From positions 1-64,000 of the IMG/VR virus record IMGVR_UViG_3300020112_001004: DNA of 64,000 nucleotides. One strand, 5' to 3'. Both the position numbers and the translations under genes were made by a program. Source of the stretch: a virus. Taxonomy: Duplodnaviria > Caudoviricetes. Under the pieces are notes generated by a model. It did no database searches and was not told where the DNA came from. It saw nothing but the letters and a program-made list of their open reading frames with translations. How positions within the stretch are numbered: the stretch's first letter is position 1; the number at the start of each line of letters is the position of its first letter. Below, in pieces: positions 29,413 to 38,564 of this stretch.

Positions 29413-32046
29413 GATATAGATTTTGATACTCCTTCCCATTTAAAAGAAAAAGTATTCAATGTAAGTAAGGCATATTTTGAATCAATAGGTGGCTCATTCA
29501 TAAGAATAGCAACCTACTCAACTTTGAAAGCTAAATCAACAATTAAAACAGTATGTAAAGGTCTAGGAATAAATAATGATGAAGCTGGGTATATAGCCTC
29601 TTTAATAATAACAAAGAGAGGGCAAGACCAAACCATAACACAAAGCTATTATGGAGACGAAGAAAAAGGTATTGAGGTAAATAAAGAATTTAAAAACGTA
29701 ATAGACGAATATTCTAATATTGGGTTATTAGATATGTTGTTAAAATTGGAAGGTCTTAAATGTGGATGCTCCAGTCACGCTAGTGGAGTTTTACCACTAA
29801 ATGGTAAAGTGTATGAAACAAATAGTATAATGAGAACACCTAACGGAGAGTTGATAACAGCTTTTGATTTACACGAGAGTGAACAATTAGGCAATCTTAA
29901 GTATGATTATTTAATAACTCAAGGGGCTGGACTATTGCAAACAACTATGGAGGCATTAATAGAAGATGAGTATTTAGAGTGGCAAGGAAGTTTTAGAAAA
30001 ACTTATAATAAATATTTACACCCAGATGTTTTAGACCTTAAAAACGATAAACTTTGGGAGAATTTTAACTCCGGTAAAATATTATCCCTATTTCAATACG
30101 AAACAGTTATAGGTGGAGAAGTGTTGAAAAAAATTAAACCAGATAATCTTCTAGATGTAGCCTCAGCGAACTCTTTAATGAGATTAATGGCAGATGGGGA
30201 GCAACCAACAGATAGATTTGTAAGATATAAAAACAACCCACAAGAATGGGAAACAGATATGGATAATTATGGGTTAACTAACGAAGAAAAATTATTATGC
30301 CACGAACTTGTTGGAAAAGAAGGGGGCGTAATGAATAGCCAAGAATGTATGATGACGACTTGTATTAAGTTTTGTGGTTTTACAGTACCAGAAGCTAATA
30401 TTCTTAGAAAAGGTACTGCTAAGAAGAAGAAAGCGTTAATACAAGAGAGTTACCAAAGATTTTATGAAAAAGGCTTAGCGATAGGAAGAAGTAAAAATAT
30501 GCTTGACTATATATGGAATGAGCAAATAGGTTTACAGTTGGGTTACGGGTTTAGCGTATTGCATTGTGTAGCCTATTCATATATTGCTATCCAAGAAGCA
30601 TATCTATATACTAATTATCCCTCTTTATACTGGTCTAATAGCGTACTACAAGCAGAGTCTGGAGCTTTAGACGAGTCAAAAGATAAAGCCACTAACTATG
30701 GTAAAGTATCTACTGCAATAGATAAAATTAAAAAGAACGGAACAAATGTAAAACTTCCAGATATAAACGAATCTTCTTTAGAATTTAAGGTTGACGTTAA
30801 AAACAATGCAATTTTATACGGGTTAAAGGGGATAAATACTATCAATGGAGAAAATGTTAAATCTATTATGGATAATAGACCATATAAGAGTTTAAAAGAC
30901 TTCCACGAAAGAATGGTGTTAACTAAAGTAGAGAAAACTTCCTCAACTGGCAAGACGCAAAAGAAATCTATAATAACAGATAAGCAAACAATACAACTAA
31001 TAAAAGCTGGATGCTTCAACGAAATAGAAAACAAAAATAAAATAGATATATTATTGGATTATCTTCACATGATATTCCCAGATAAAACAAAACTAACTGC
31101 TACAGATATAAATAAAGCGCTTGACCTTGGTCTTGTATTTGGTTTTGATGAAGAGGTAAAAATGTATAACTTTAAAAACTTTGTAAGTGGCTTAACTAAA
31201 ATTCAAGACGAAAATAGCAAATCTGTTAAATGGGTTAATTTTGGAGAACTTGGAGAAGATGAGGAGTATGTAACAGATAGATTCTTCGAGATGTTCCCAA
31301 CAGTCACTAAATTAAAATATGATAATAATGGTAGCTTAATGATAACCGTTACTGGCAGTGGTAAAGGAAGTTTCCCTAGTGAATGCAAAAAGCAAATAGA
31401 ACCATTAATTAAATATCTAAATGATAAAGAATTTTTAGAAATATATAATAATATAAAATTTAATGAAAATATTAAAGAGCATATGGTTAAAACAGAAGGG
31501 GACGCTGAGTATGAAGCAGTAAAATTTGCTGAATCCAAAACTAGTTTAGACTTTATAAATGACAGTTTTGGCGCTGTGGATTTTAACGAATTGAGTGAAA
31601 CACCAGAGGTAGTAGGAGTTACTAGAATAAAACAAAAAGTTTTAGTAGATGGAGTGGAAGAGATAAAAGTAAGAGAGTTTGACAAATATAAACTTAACAA
31701 TGTTATAGGATATGTTATTGATAAAAATAACGCAAAGCACATGGTTAGTTTATATACAAAATATGGAGTAGTTAATGTTAAGTTTAATCAAGGTGAGTAC
31801 GCCTCTTATAATAGTAACATTTCTTTTATTGATGAGAACGGAGATAAAATAACACTAGAAAAATCAATGTTTGAAAAAGGTAATTGTGTATTAGTACAGG
31901 GGTTTAGAAGAGGAAGTCAATTTGTAGCCAAGAAATATAAAAATAGCACTTACAACCATTGTATGGTTAGAGTAACCAATATAGACGTGGAAACAGGGTT
32001 AATAACCGTAAGAGAAGATAGATTAAAGAAAGAAGATTTTATATAA
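29413..32046 (+). CDS. dnaE: DNA polymerase III alpha subunit, exon 2
   Basis: DIDFD, SHASGV, KYDYL, LFQYE, YGFSVLH, LPDINES, OB domain. Confidence 0.92.
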   Translation, partial: DIDFDTPSHLKEKVFNVSKAYFESIGGSFIRIATYSTLKAKSTIKTVCKGLGINNDEAGYIASLIITKRGQDQTITQSYYGDEEKGIEVNKEFKNVIDEYSNIGLLDMLLKLEGLKCGCSSHASGVLPLNGKVYETNSIMRTPNGELITAFDLHESEQLGNLKYDYLITQGAGLLQTTMEALIEDEYLEWQGSFRKTYNKYLHPDVLDLKNDKLWENFNSGKILSLFQYETVIGGEVLKKIKPDNLLDVASANSLMRLMADGEQPTDRFVRYKNNPQEWETDMDNYGLTNEEKLLCHELVGKEGGVMNSQECMMTTCIKFCGFTVPEANILRKGTAKKKKALIQESYQRFYEKGLAIGRSKNMLDYIWNEQIGLQLGYGFSVLHCVAYSYIAIQEAYLYTNYPSLYWSNSVLQAESGALDESKDKATNYGKVSTAIDKIKKNGTNVKLPDINESSLEFKVDVKNNAILYGLKGINTINGENVKSIMDNRPYKSLKDFHERMVLTKVEKTSSTGKTQKKSIITDKQTIQLIKAGCFNEIENKNKIDILLDYLHMIFPDKTKLTATDINKALDLGLVFGFDEEVKMYNFKNFVSGLTKIQDENSKSVKWVNFGELGEDEEYVTDRFFEMFPTVTKLKYDNNGSLMITVTGSGKGSFPSECKKQIEPLIKYLNDKEFLEIYNNIKFNENIKEHMVKTEGDAEYEAVKFAESKTSLDFINDSFGAVDFNELSETPEVVGVTRIKQKVLVDGVEEIKVREFDKYKLNNVIGYVIDKNNAKHMVSLYTKYGVVNVKFNQGEYASYNSNISFIDENGDKITLEKSMFEKGNCVLVQGFRRGSQFVAKKYKNSTYNHCMVRVTNIDVETGLITVREDRLKKEDFI

Positions 32047-32055
32047 AGAGAGTGA

Positions 32056-32192
32056 GGAGTAGTCAATGTTAAGTTTAATCAAGGTGAGTGCGCTTTTTAT
32101 AACACTAATATTTCTTACGGTGATGAGTGCAGAATTAAAATAGCACTTACAATCATTAAGAGAAGAGGTTAAAGAAAGAAGATTTTATTTAG
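32056..32192 (+). repeat. degenerate, internally deleted duplicate of the dnaE 3' end
   Basis: three blocks match ~31766-31850, ~31941-31961 and ~32009-32046. Confidence 0.8.
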
Positions 32193-32194
32193 GA

Positions 32195-32224
32195 GGGGAG
32201 CTTTTAGCTCTCCTATTTGTTTTT
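32195..32224 (+). terminator. intrinsic terminator
   Basis: GGGGAGCT-TTT-AGCTCTCC followed by T-rich run. Confidence 0.7.
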
Positions 32225-32381
32225 AAATCAGAGATTGATAAGTGATAAACACTAAATATTAAAACAATCTACAAAGGAAAAACGGTCTAAAAATCAACGT
32301 AAATACGTTAGTTGGATTTTGATAAAGAGTAATAAAAGCAATAAAGTTGATAACAATATAATATAAAAAGGAGGGATAAAA

Positions 32382-32816
32382 ATGGAAGAACTGGAAAGAA
32401 TGATGGACGATATAATGGGAATTGCGTTTGAGTTAGAATTCTATTATGACTTAATATTTTATATAGGTGCCATGTATAACGTAGTAAGAGATAAAGACAA
32501 TATAGGAGCACCGAGAAAAGAAATAACTCAAGCCACAGAATGCTTGGTTCAATTTGCTAAGGACTTGTATAATGATGGGACTACCACCCAAGAACTTGGA
32601 GAAGGGTTATTAGAAGCGTTTATAGAGAGAGGTATAGAATATACGATTGATTCCTGTAAGAATCAAAATTGTCATGTAATCAAAGAGTTATTTAGTATAG
32701 TTAAAGACCAGAACTTAAAAGGTGAATATTATATTTTAATTGATTATTTTAGAGAATATTTTATTGATTATATTAAGTATAACGAACCAGATTTATACCT
32801 AGAATTTATGTTATAG
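32382..32816 (+). CDS. hypothetical protein, ELYLE-tag family
   Basis: ends EPDLYLEFML. Confidence 0.75.
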   Translation: MEELERMMDDIMGIAFELEFYYDLIFYIGAMYNVVRDKDNIGAPRKEITQATECLVQFAKDLYNDGTTTQELGEGLLEAFIERGIEYTIDSCKNQNCHVIKELFSIVKDQNLKGEYYILIDYFREYFIDYIKYNEPDLYLEFML

Positions 32817-32826
32817 GAGGGATAAA

Positions 32827-32940
32827 ATGGAAAAATTAGTGGTTTTTTTAGTTTCGTTCTTTGCTTCTGCTTTAATAGGGGGAGTGGTCGCAAAAATATT
32901 AATGGGAATTTGGCTTTTCTTTGATAATAAAAGAGTGTAA
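32827..32940 (+). CDS. 37-aa membrane peptide
   Basis: AGGAGGG RBS; MEKLVVFLVSFFASALIGGVVAKILMGIWLFFDNKRV. Confidence 0.55.
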   Translation: MEKLVVFLVSFFASALIGGVVAKILMGIWLFFDNKRV

Positions 32941-33038
32941 TTTCATTAAAAATTAACGAAATTACGATAAAAATTAATTGAGTAAAAATTAACCACTGGT
33001 GTGGTAATATGATATAAATTAATAATAAGGAGTCAGAT

Positions 33039-33923
33039 ATGGAATTTGATATGCAAGGGCTAAGACATCAATGGGTCGAGGAACTTAAAGGTAGAGTAGA
33101 AAAAATAAAAATGGAGTTAGGTATAACACCAACACTCGTAATATTATCTGCTAAAGACTATGATGAAGCGTCTAAATTATACGTAAATAATAAAATAAAA
33201 ATTTGTGAAGAAGTTGGAGCTAAGGGCGTTCAGTTAAAAATAGCGTGGAGGGATAAATCCAAAGAAGAGTTAGAACGAGAACTTGCTGGTCTTATAGATT
33301 GTTTAAACTCCGATGAGAACTGTCACGGTATAATATTACAACTACCTTTCCCTATTATATCCAAAGGATTCGCTGATAATTTGATAAAAGCAGAGAAGGA
33401 TGTTGACGTTTTTAGTGACCTAAATAAAGGAAAGATAATGAGTGGTAATTATTCTTTACTCCCAGCAACAGTTCTAGGGATTAAGAAGATTATAGATAGT
33501 CAGTTTAAAACATTAAGGGGACAGAATATTTGCGTAATTAACAGGTCGCAACTAATAGGGGTACCATTGGCTAACTTGTTGGTTAATGAAGGGGCGACAG
33601 TCAGCGTTTTGAACTCTTCAACCTATTGGTACAACAGAGATTTGTTAATGAAGACCTCAGACATAATTATTACAGCCACTGGAAATAGAGGAATATATAA
33701 TAGCAATGATATAGGTGATAATTGTAAATTAATAATAGATTGCAGTATGAAAAAGGTCGATAATATAAAGGGAGTCGGAGACTTCGTTAAGGAAGATATA
33801 TTAGTTAATAGAGAAGAGGTAGTAATTAGCTCTGGGTACGGTCAAACCGGAGTGGCTACGACTCTCGCTGTTGTAGATAATTTATTATCTTGCTGTGAAA
33901 ATAATTTAAAAAAGGAGTGTTAA
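33039..33923 (+). CDS. folD: methylenetetrahydrofolate dehydrogenase/cyclohydrolase
   Basis: ASKLYVNNK, HGIILQLP, EKDVD, PAT, INRSQLIGVPLA. Confidence 0.9.
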   Translation: MEFDMQGLRHQWVEELKGRVEKIKMELGITPTLVILSAKDYDEASKLYVNNKIKICEEVGAKGVQLKIAWRDKSKEELERELAGLIDCLNSDENCHGIILQLPFPIISKGFADNLIKAEKDVDVFSDLNKGKIMSGNYSLLPATVLGIKKIIDSQFKTLRGQNICVINRSQLIGVPLANLLVNEGATVSVLNSSTYWYNRDLLMKTSDIIITATGNRGIYNSNDIGDNCKLIIDCSMKKVDNIKGVGDFVKEDILVNREEVVISSGYGQTGVATTLAVVDNLLSCCENNLKKEC

Positions 33924-33924
33924 T

Positions 33925-34005
33925 ATGAAGAAGATAGTTAATAAAATAAAAGAGATAGTTAAAACAATAGGTGAGATATACAAAAATAAAAGAAATAATA
34001 TTTAG
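33925..34005 (+). CDS. 26-aa basic amphipathic peptide
   Basis: AGGAG RBS; MKKIVNKIKEIVKTIGEIYKNKRNNI. Confidence 0.4.
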   Translation: MKKIVNKIKEIVKTIGEIYKNKRNNI

Positions 34006-34148
34006 GAGGTTAATACCTCCAGTACATAGTGGCAACAAGTTAGATAATTATGATAATAATATAATATAAGGAGGAGCAATCCCCCTAGTACATATTGAAC
34101 CATATGTCTACCCAAAGGTAGTTAAATAATAATTAGGAGTGTTATTAA

Positions 34149-34604
34149 ATGGAATTAGAAGAGATAAACAAGATAAAATTGGTAAAAAAAATAATAAAAT
34201 CTTCAAGGATAATAGAAGAAGAATTTGGTGGGGGTTATCTTTATAAAAATGATTTAATCAAACTAGGTGCTTTTGTGTCATATTTAATGGCAGACACCTA
34301 TAGTGGACTACTAAACTTATATATCAAAAATGATATAAAACAAATAAAAAGAATATATTTTGACGCAAGGACAATGTCGGATTTACTTGATTATACTGAC
34401 AGAACGACGAGGATATTTCTTAGGTCAAATTTAATAACCGGTATGGAATTTATATTCTTCTCAAAATGGGATGACATTATAACAAAGATGATAGAGTTTA
34501 CGAAGAAGAAAATTGAAGATAAAAATATAGGAGAAAAGGACATTTACTTTATAGAACTATTAAAACGTGAATGTGCACTGCATGGTTATGAAATAGATTT
34601 TTAA
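34149..34604 (+). CDS. hypothetical protein
   Basis: 151 aa, RBS, preceded by motif A and motif B. Confidence 0.75.
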   Translation: MELEEINKIKLVKKIIKSSRIIEEEFGGGYLYKNDLIKLGAFVSYLMADTYSGLLNLYIKNDIKQIKRIYFDARTMSDLLDYTDRTTRIFLRSNLITGMEFIFFSKWDDIITKMIEFTKKKIEDKNIGEKDIYFIELLKRECALHGYEIDF

Positions 34605-34626
34605 CTAATTTAAAAGGGGCGATATT

Positions 34627-35559
34627 ACGGGTAAAAGAATAAAATGGACTATAGAAAAGATTAAAGAAAAATGTGAAGAGCAAGGAGCAGAATGTTTAGA
34701 GGAGGAATATGTAAATAATGCCACTAAAATGAAATTTAAATGTGGGTGTGGGAATGAATATGTGGCAAGATGGAATGATGTTGTTGGTAAAAATCAATGG
34801 CAGTGTTCAGAATGTAGTGGCAATGCAAAATGGACTATAGAAAAGATTAAAGAAAAATGTAGAGAACATGACGTTGAGTGTTTGGAAGATAAATATGTAG
34901 ATAATAAAACCAAAATGAGATTTAAATGTAAATGTGGGAATGAGTATGAAGCAAAATGGAATAGTGTTATTGGTAGAAACCAATGGCAATGTCCAAAATG
35001 TAGTGGTAGAGCAAAATGGACTATAGGAGAGATTAAAAGAATATGTAAAGAACATGGAGTAGAATGTTTAGAAAAAGAATATGCAAATGCTAGAACTAAA
35101 ATGAGATTTAAATGTAAATGTGGAAACGAATATGTGACAAGTTGGGATAAAGTTACTAGACAAAATCAATGGCAGTGTTCAGAGTGTAATGGCAAAACCA
35201 GTAAAGGTGAAACAATAACCCGTGAATTTTTATCAAAGTTACTAAAAGATGAAAACCTATTTGAAGAACAAAAGACATTTGAAGATTTAGTCGATGAAAA
35301 ATTATTATCTTATGATTTCTTTATTCCAGAATTCAATATCTTAATTGAGATACAGGGTGTCCAACATTATAAACCAATAGAAATGTTTGGGGGAGAAAAA
35401 CAATTTAAAAAACAACAACACCATGATAAATTAAAAAGAGAATACGCAGAGCAAAATGAACTTATACTAATTGAGATACCTTGGAATTGTAATGGGATAG
35501 ATACCGAGGAAAAATTAATTGAAGAATTAAAAAATAAATTAAGTGGGCTTATTAAATAA
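34627..35559 (+). CDS. putative homing endonuclease paralog of 16601..17548; natural start appears to be ACG (mutated ATG)
   Basis: same zinc-finger repeats and SKGE...YDF...IEIQGVQH domain; homologous frame extends upstream of ATG 34729 to ACG 34627 behind an AGGGG RBS. Confidence 0.7.
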   Translation, partial: TGKRIKWTIEKIKEKCEEQGAECLEEEYVNNATKMKFKCGCGNEYVARWNDVVGKNQWQCSECSGNAKWTIEKIKEKCREHDVECLEDKYVDNKTKMRFKCKCGNEYEAKWNSVIGRNQWQCPKCSGRAKWTIGEIKRICKEHGVECLEKEYANARTKMRFKCKCGNEYVTSWDKVTRQNQWQCSECNGKTSKGETITREFLSKLLKDENLFEEQKTFEDLVDEKLLSYDFFIPEFNILIEIQGVQHYKPIEMFGGEKQFKKQQHHDKLKREYAEQNELILIEIPWNCNGIDTEEKLIEELKNKLSGLIK

Positions 35560-35641
35560 GGAGGTTTATGCCTCCAGTACATATTGAACTATATGTCTAC
35601 CATTAGGTAGTTAATAAATAATAATTAGGAGTGTGTTATTA

Positions 35642-37888
35642 ATGGGATATGAAGACAGAAAGTATACAGGGAAGAGTGCCACTTTGAAGGTGAATTTTTG
35701 TAGAAAACTTTATAATAATGGCAACTATTATGTAGCAAGTTTTTTTATTTTGGAGCTCCAACATGGGGAACTCTCTCTGCCATATGGCGAAGAAAATCTA
35801 GTAGCTAATGGGAAAATTACCTGCGATTTAGACAAGGATTATGAGTACATTCTAACAGTAAAAGAATATGAAGACCCAAAATATTCAACAAGTCACGAGA
35901 TTTGTAGTATAGTTCCAATAATTAAAGTAGATTCACTAGATGAACAGATTATCTTTTTAAGAAAAATACTAACCCAGACACAATTTAGTAATTACTATGA
36001 TGTATTTGGAGGTAGCGAGGATTTACTTAAACCCCTAAAAAAAGGCGATACGAAATCATTATTAAAGATAAAAGGAATAGGTCTGAATACAGTAGATAAA
36101 CTATTAAATAAATATGAGAATAATATAGCAAATGCTAATATTATTATTAAAATTGCTAAATATGGGCTAAGTGACTCAGAAATTTGTCTGATGATTAAAA
36201 GTGGATTCAATGAGACCGAAATAGTAAAAACAATGGAGCGTAATCCATATGAATTCATCTCAAAAGTTAAAGGGTTGGGGTTCAAAAAGATAGATGCTAT
36301 AGCCTTAAAAAATGGAATAAAAGAAGAAGATTTAAGGAGAATCAAAGGATTCATAACCTATGCGATAAATAAAAGAGTAGAGAATGGTAGTACTAAAATT
36401 GGTTTAGACGAACTCGAGCAAGAGTTGGATAATGAATTTGGTGTGGATTTTAATATTGATTTAGCTATTGAAGCTTTAAAAGATATGGAACAAAATGAGG
36501 ACTTATGGGTTAGTGCTGATAGAAGCGACATCACTACAACAGCTATTAGAGAAAGTGAAAGATATGTTGCTAAAAGATTAATTGATATTATGAGAGACGA
36601 AACTAAATTAGATTATGATTTGGGAAAGATAAAAGTAGCAGAGAAGAGTCAAGGCTTTGAATATTCAGAAGAACAAAGAGGGGCTATTAAACAGCTACTA
36701 GAGAACAAAATAAGCGTATTAACAGCCCTAGGGGGTTCTGGTAAAACAGCCGTAGTAAGAGGAGCGTTAGCTTGTCTTAAAGAAGGCTATGATATAAGGC
36801 TTATGGCTTTATCGGGAAAAGCTTCGTCAGTATTAGCAAATGCTTCTGGATTAGAAGCTAGTACAATTCACAAGTTTTTAATTGATAAAGTAAGAGAAAA
36901 TATTGTACCAGACGTTGTAGTTATAGATGAATGCTCGATGCCAGATATAGGTCTTACTTACAAGTTGTTACAACTCCTACCTAACACTGTGAAAATAATA
37001 TTTATTGGTGACCCAAACCAACTACCAGCAATAGGTGCCGGAAATCTATTGTTTGATATGTTAGAGAGTGGTGTTATTCCAACGATTAGATTAACAAGAA
37101 TTTATAGACAAGGATTAAGGTCTGGCATAGTGACAGAATCTAGAAAGATAACAGAAGATAAAAATATATTGGAAGACGGGTATGGCGTAACTGTAAAAGG
37201 TGAAGATAAGGATTTTATAATGGATATTTATAAAGAAAAAGAAGATAGTTTGGATAAGGTTATGGACTACTATAAGAAATTATTAAAAAAATATAAACCT
37301 AAAGATATAGTAGTGTTATCTTGTGTAAAAACAAGAGGCGAGGCTTGTACCTATAATATAAATAATAAAATCCAAGAGATATTGTTTAAACCAAATGAGA
37401 GACATATAGTTGTGGGCAAGAAGGATAGAGAGTTTAAAATTCATGTAAAAGATATAGTTATCAATGGGAAAAATAATCCTAAATGTGTTTGTGACGAAGG
37501 AACAGTTGGTATTTATAATGGAGAGGTTGGGACGGTAATTTCCATAGACGAAACAGAAAAGACTATTTGTGTTAATTTTGGTAAGGGAAGAGAATGTGTT
37601 TATATAAATCAAGAACAAATGGCTCATATAGAACTAGGGTATTCTTACACAATACATCGTAGCCAAGGAATAACAATCCCTGCTACCATAATGGTTTTAG
37701 ATAATACTATGATAATGATGGCGAATAAAAATTTAATATATACTGGTATAACTAGAGCAAAAGATATTTGTTATTTAGTAGGACAAAAAACAACATTGCA
37801 AAAAGGGTTAAGAACAAGTGGAATTGCAAAAAGAAAAACTTTCTTGAAAGAGTTTTTAGAGGAATACGGAACTAAATTAGAGGGTTAA
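35642..37888 (+). CDS. RecD2-like SF1B helicase
   Basis: IKGIG HhH, GGSGKT, IDECSM, GDPNQL, RIYRQ, TIHRSQG, YTGITRAK. Confidence 0.9.
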   Translation: MGYEDRKYTGKSATLKVNFCRKLYNNGNYYVASFFILELQHGELSLPYGEENLVANGKITCDLDKDYEYILTVKEYEDPKYSTSHEICSIVPIIKVDSLDEQIIFLRKILTQTQFSNYYDVFGGSEDLLKPLKKGDTKSLLKIKGIGLNTVDKLLNKYENNIANANIIIKIAKYGLSDSEICLMIKSGFNETEIVKTMERNPYEFISKVKGLGFKKIDAIALKNGIKEEDLRRIKGFITYAINKRVENGSTKIGLDELEQELDNEFGVDFNIDLAIEALKDMEQNEDLWVSADRSDITTTAIRESERYVAKRLIDIMRDETKLDYDLGKIKVAEKSQGFEYSEEQRGAIKQLLENKISVLTALGGSGKTAVVRGALACLKEGYDIRLMALSGKASSVLANASGLEASTIHKFLIDKVRENIVPDVVVIDECSMPDIGLTYKLLQLLPNTVKIIFIGDPNQLPAIGAGNLLFDMLESGVIPTIRLTRIYRQGLRSGIVTESRKITEDKNILEDGYGVTVKGEDKDFIMDIYKEKEDSLDKVMDYYKKLLKKYKPKDIVVLSCVKTRGEACTYNINNKIQEILFKPNERHIVVGKKDREFKIHVKDIVINGKNNPKCVCDEGTVGIYNGEVGTVISIDETEKTICVNFGKGRECVYINQEQMAHIELGYSYTIHRSQGITIPATIMVLDNTMIMMANKNLIYTGITRAKDICYLVGQKTTLQKGLRTSGIAKRKTFLKEFLEEYGTKLEG

Positions 37889-37974
37889 TATCCCTCTTCT
37901 ACATAAACGGTAACGTTTTTGAGTATAATGACCATAATATAATATAAATAAAATAATTAATTGGGAGTGTAGGT

Positions 37975-38487
37975 ATGAATAATAATTTTGATAAAAAAGT
38001 AGTTGAAGTATTAGAAAAAGATATGGAAGGGTTTAAAAAACTAAACAGTCGTAGTGGGGTTCTTAATTATCCATTGTTTAATATATATAATTTATTTGAA
38101 TTGGGGACTTTATTATCATATGGGTTTAGCGCTATTTATCTTGAAGAATGTGAAACTGGTGGTTTTGAAACTTTAAAAGGTATTGACACTACGACTATAA
38201 CAGGAGAAGGCGATGGTAGAGGTTCTGTGTATACTCTTTTTGGTCAGCATAACATAGGGATGGGTCAAGGTTTGAGTTTAAAAAATTTTGAAGAGGCGTA
38301 TAGAATGATGACTATAGGGGTTGATTTTTTATTAAATTATGACTGTTTAACCGAGCCCTTGGTTGAACAAGTGCTTGAGACATCTTTGAACAAGTGGTAT
38401 GCAGATATGGTCAAGAATGAGTTAATTAAGAGATTCAAAAAAGATGTGAATAAATACGGAGATTATTTGCTAGAATTTATGCTATAG
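37975..38487 (+). CDS. hypothetical protein, ELYLE-tag family (variant)
   Basis: ends KYGDYLLEFML. Confidence 0.75.
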   Translation: MNNNFDKKVVEVLEKDMEGFKKLNSRSGVLNYPLFNIYNLFELGTLLSYGFSAIYLEECETGGFETLKGIDTTTITGEGDGRGSVYTLFGQHNIGMGQGLSLKNFEEAYRMMTIGVDFLLNYDCLTEPLVEQVLETSLNKWYADMVKNELIKRFKKDVNKYGDYLLEFML

Positions 38488-38564
38488 CTGGGGTTAGACC
38501 CCAAGTACATATTTAATATGTACCCACTCTTAGAGGGGTTAATTTAAAAGGAGAGATTATAGAT

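Noticed and set aside
32056-32192. dnaE duplicate as a diversity-generating retroelement template repeat
   Set aside because: Differences are not adenine-specific and no reverse transcriptase is present in the window.
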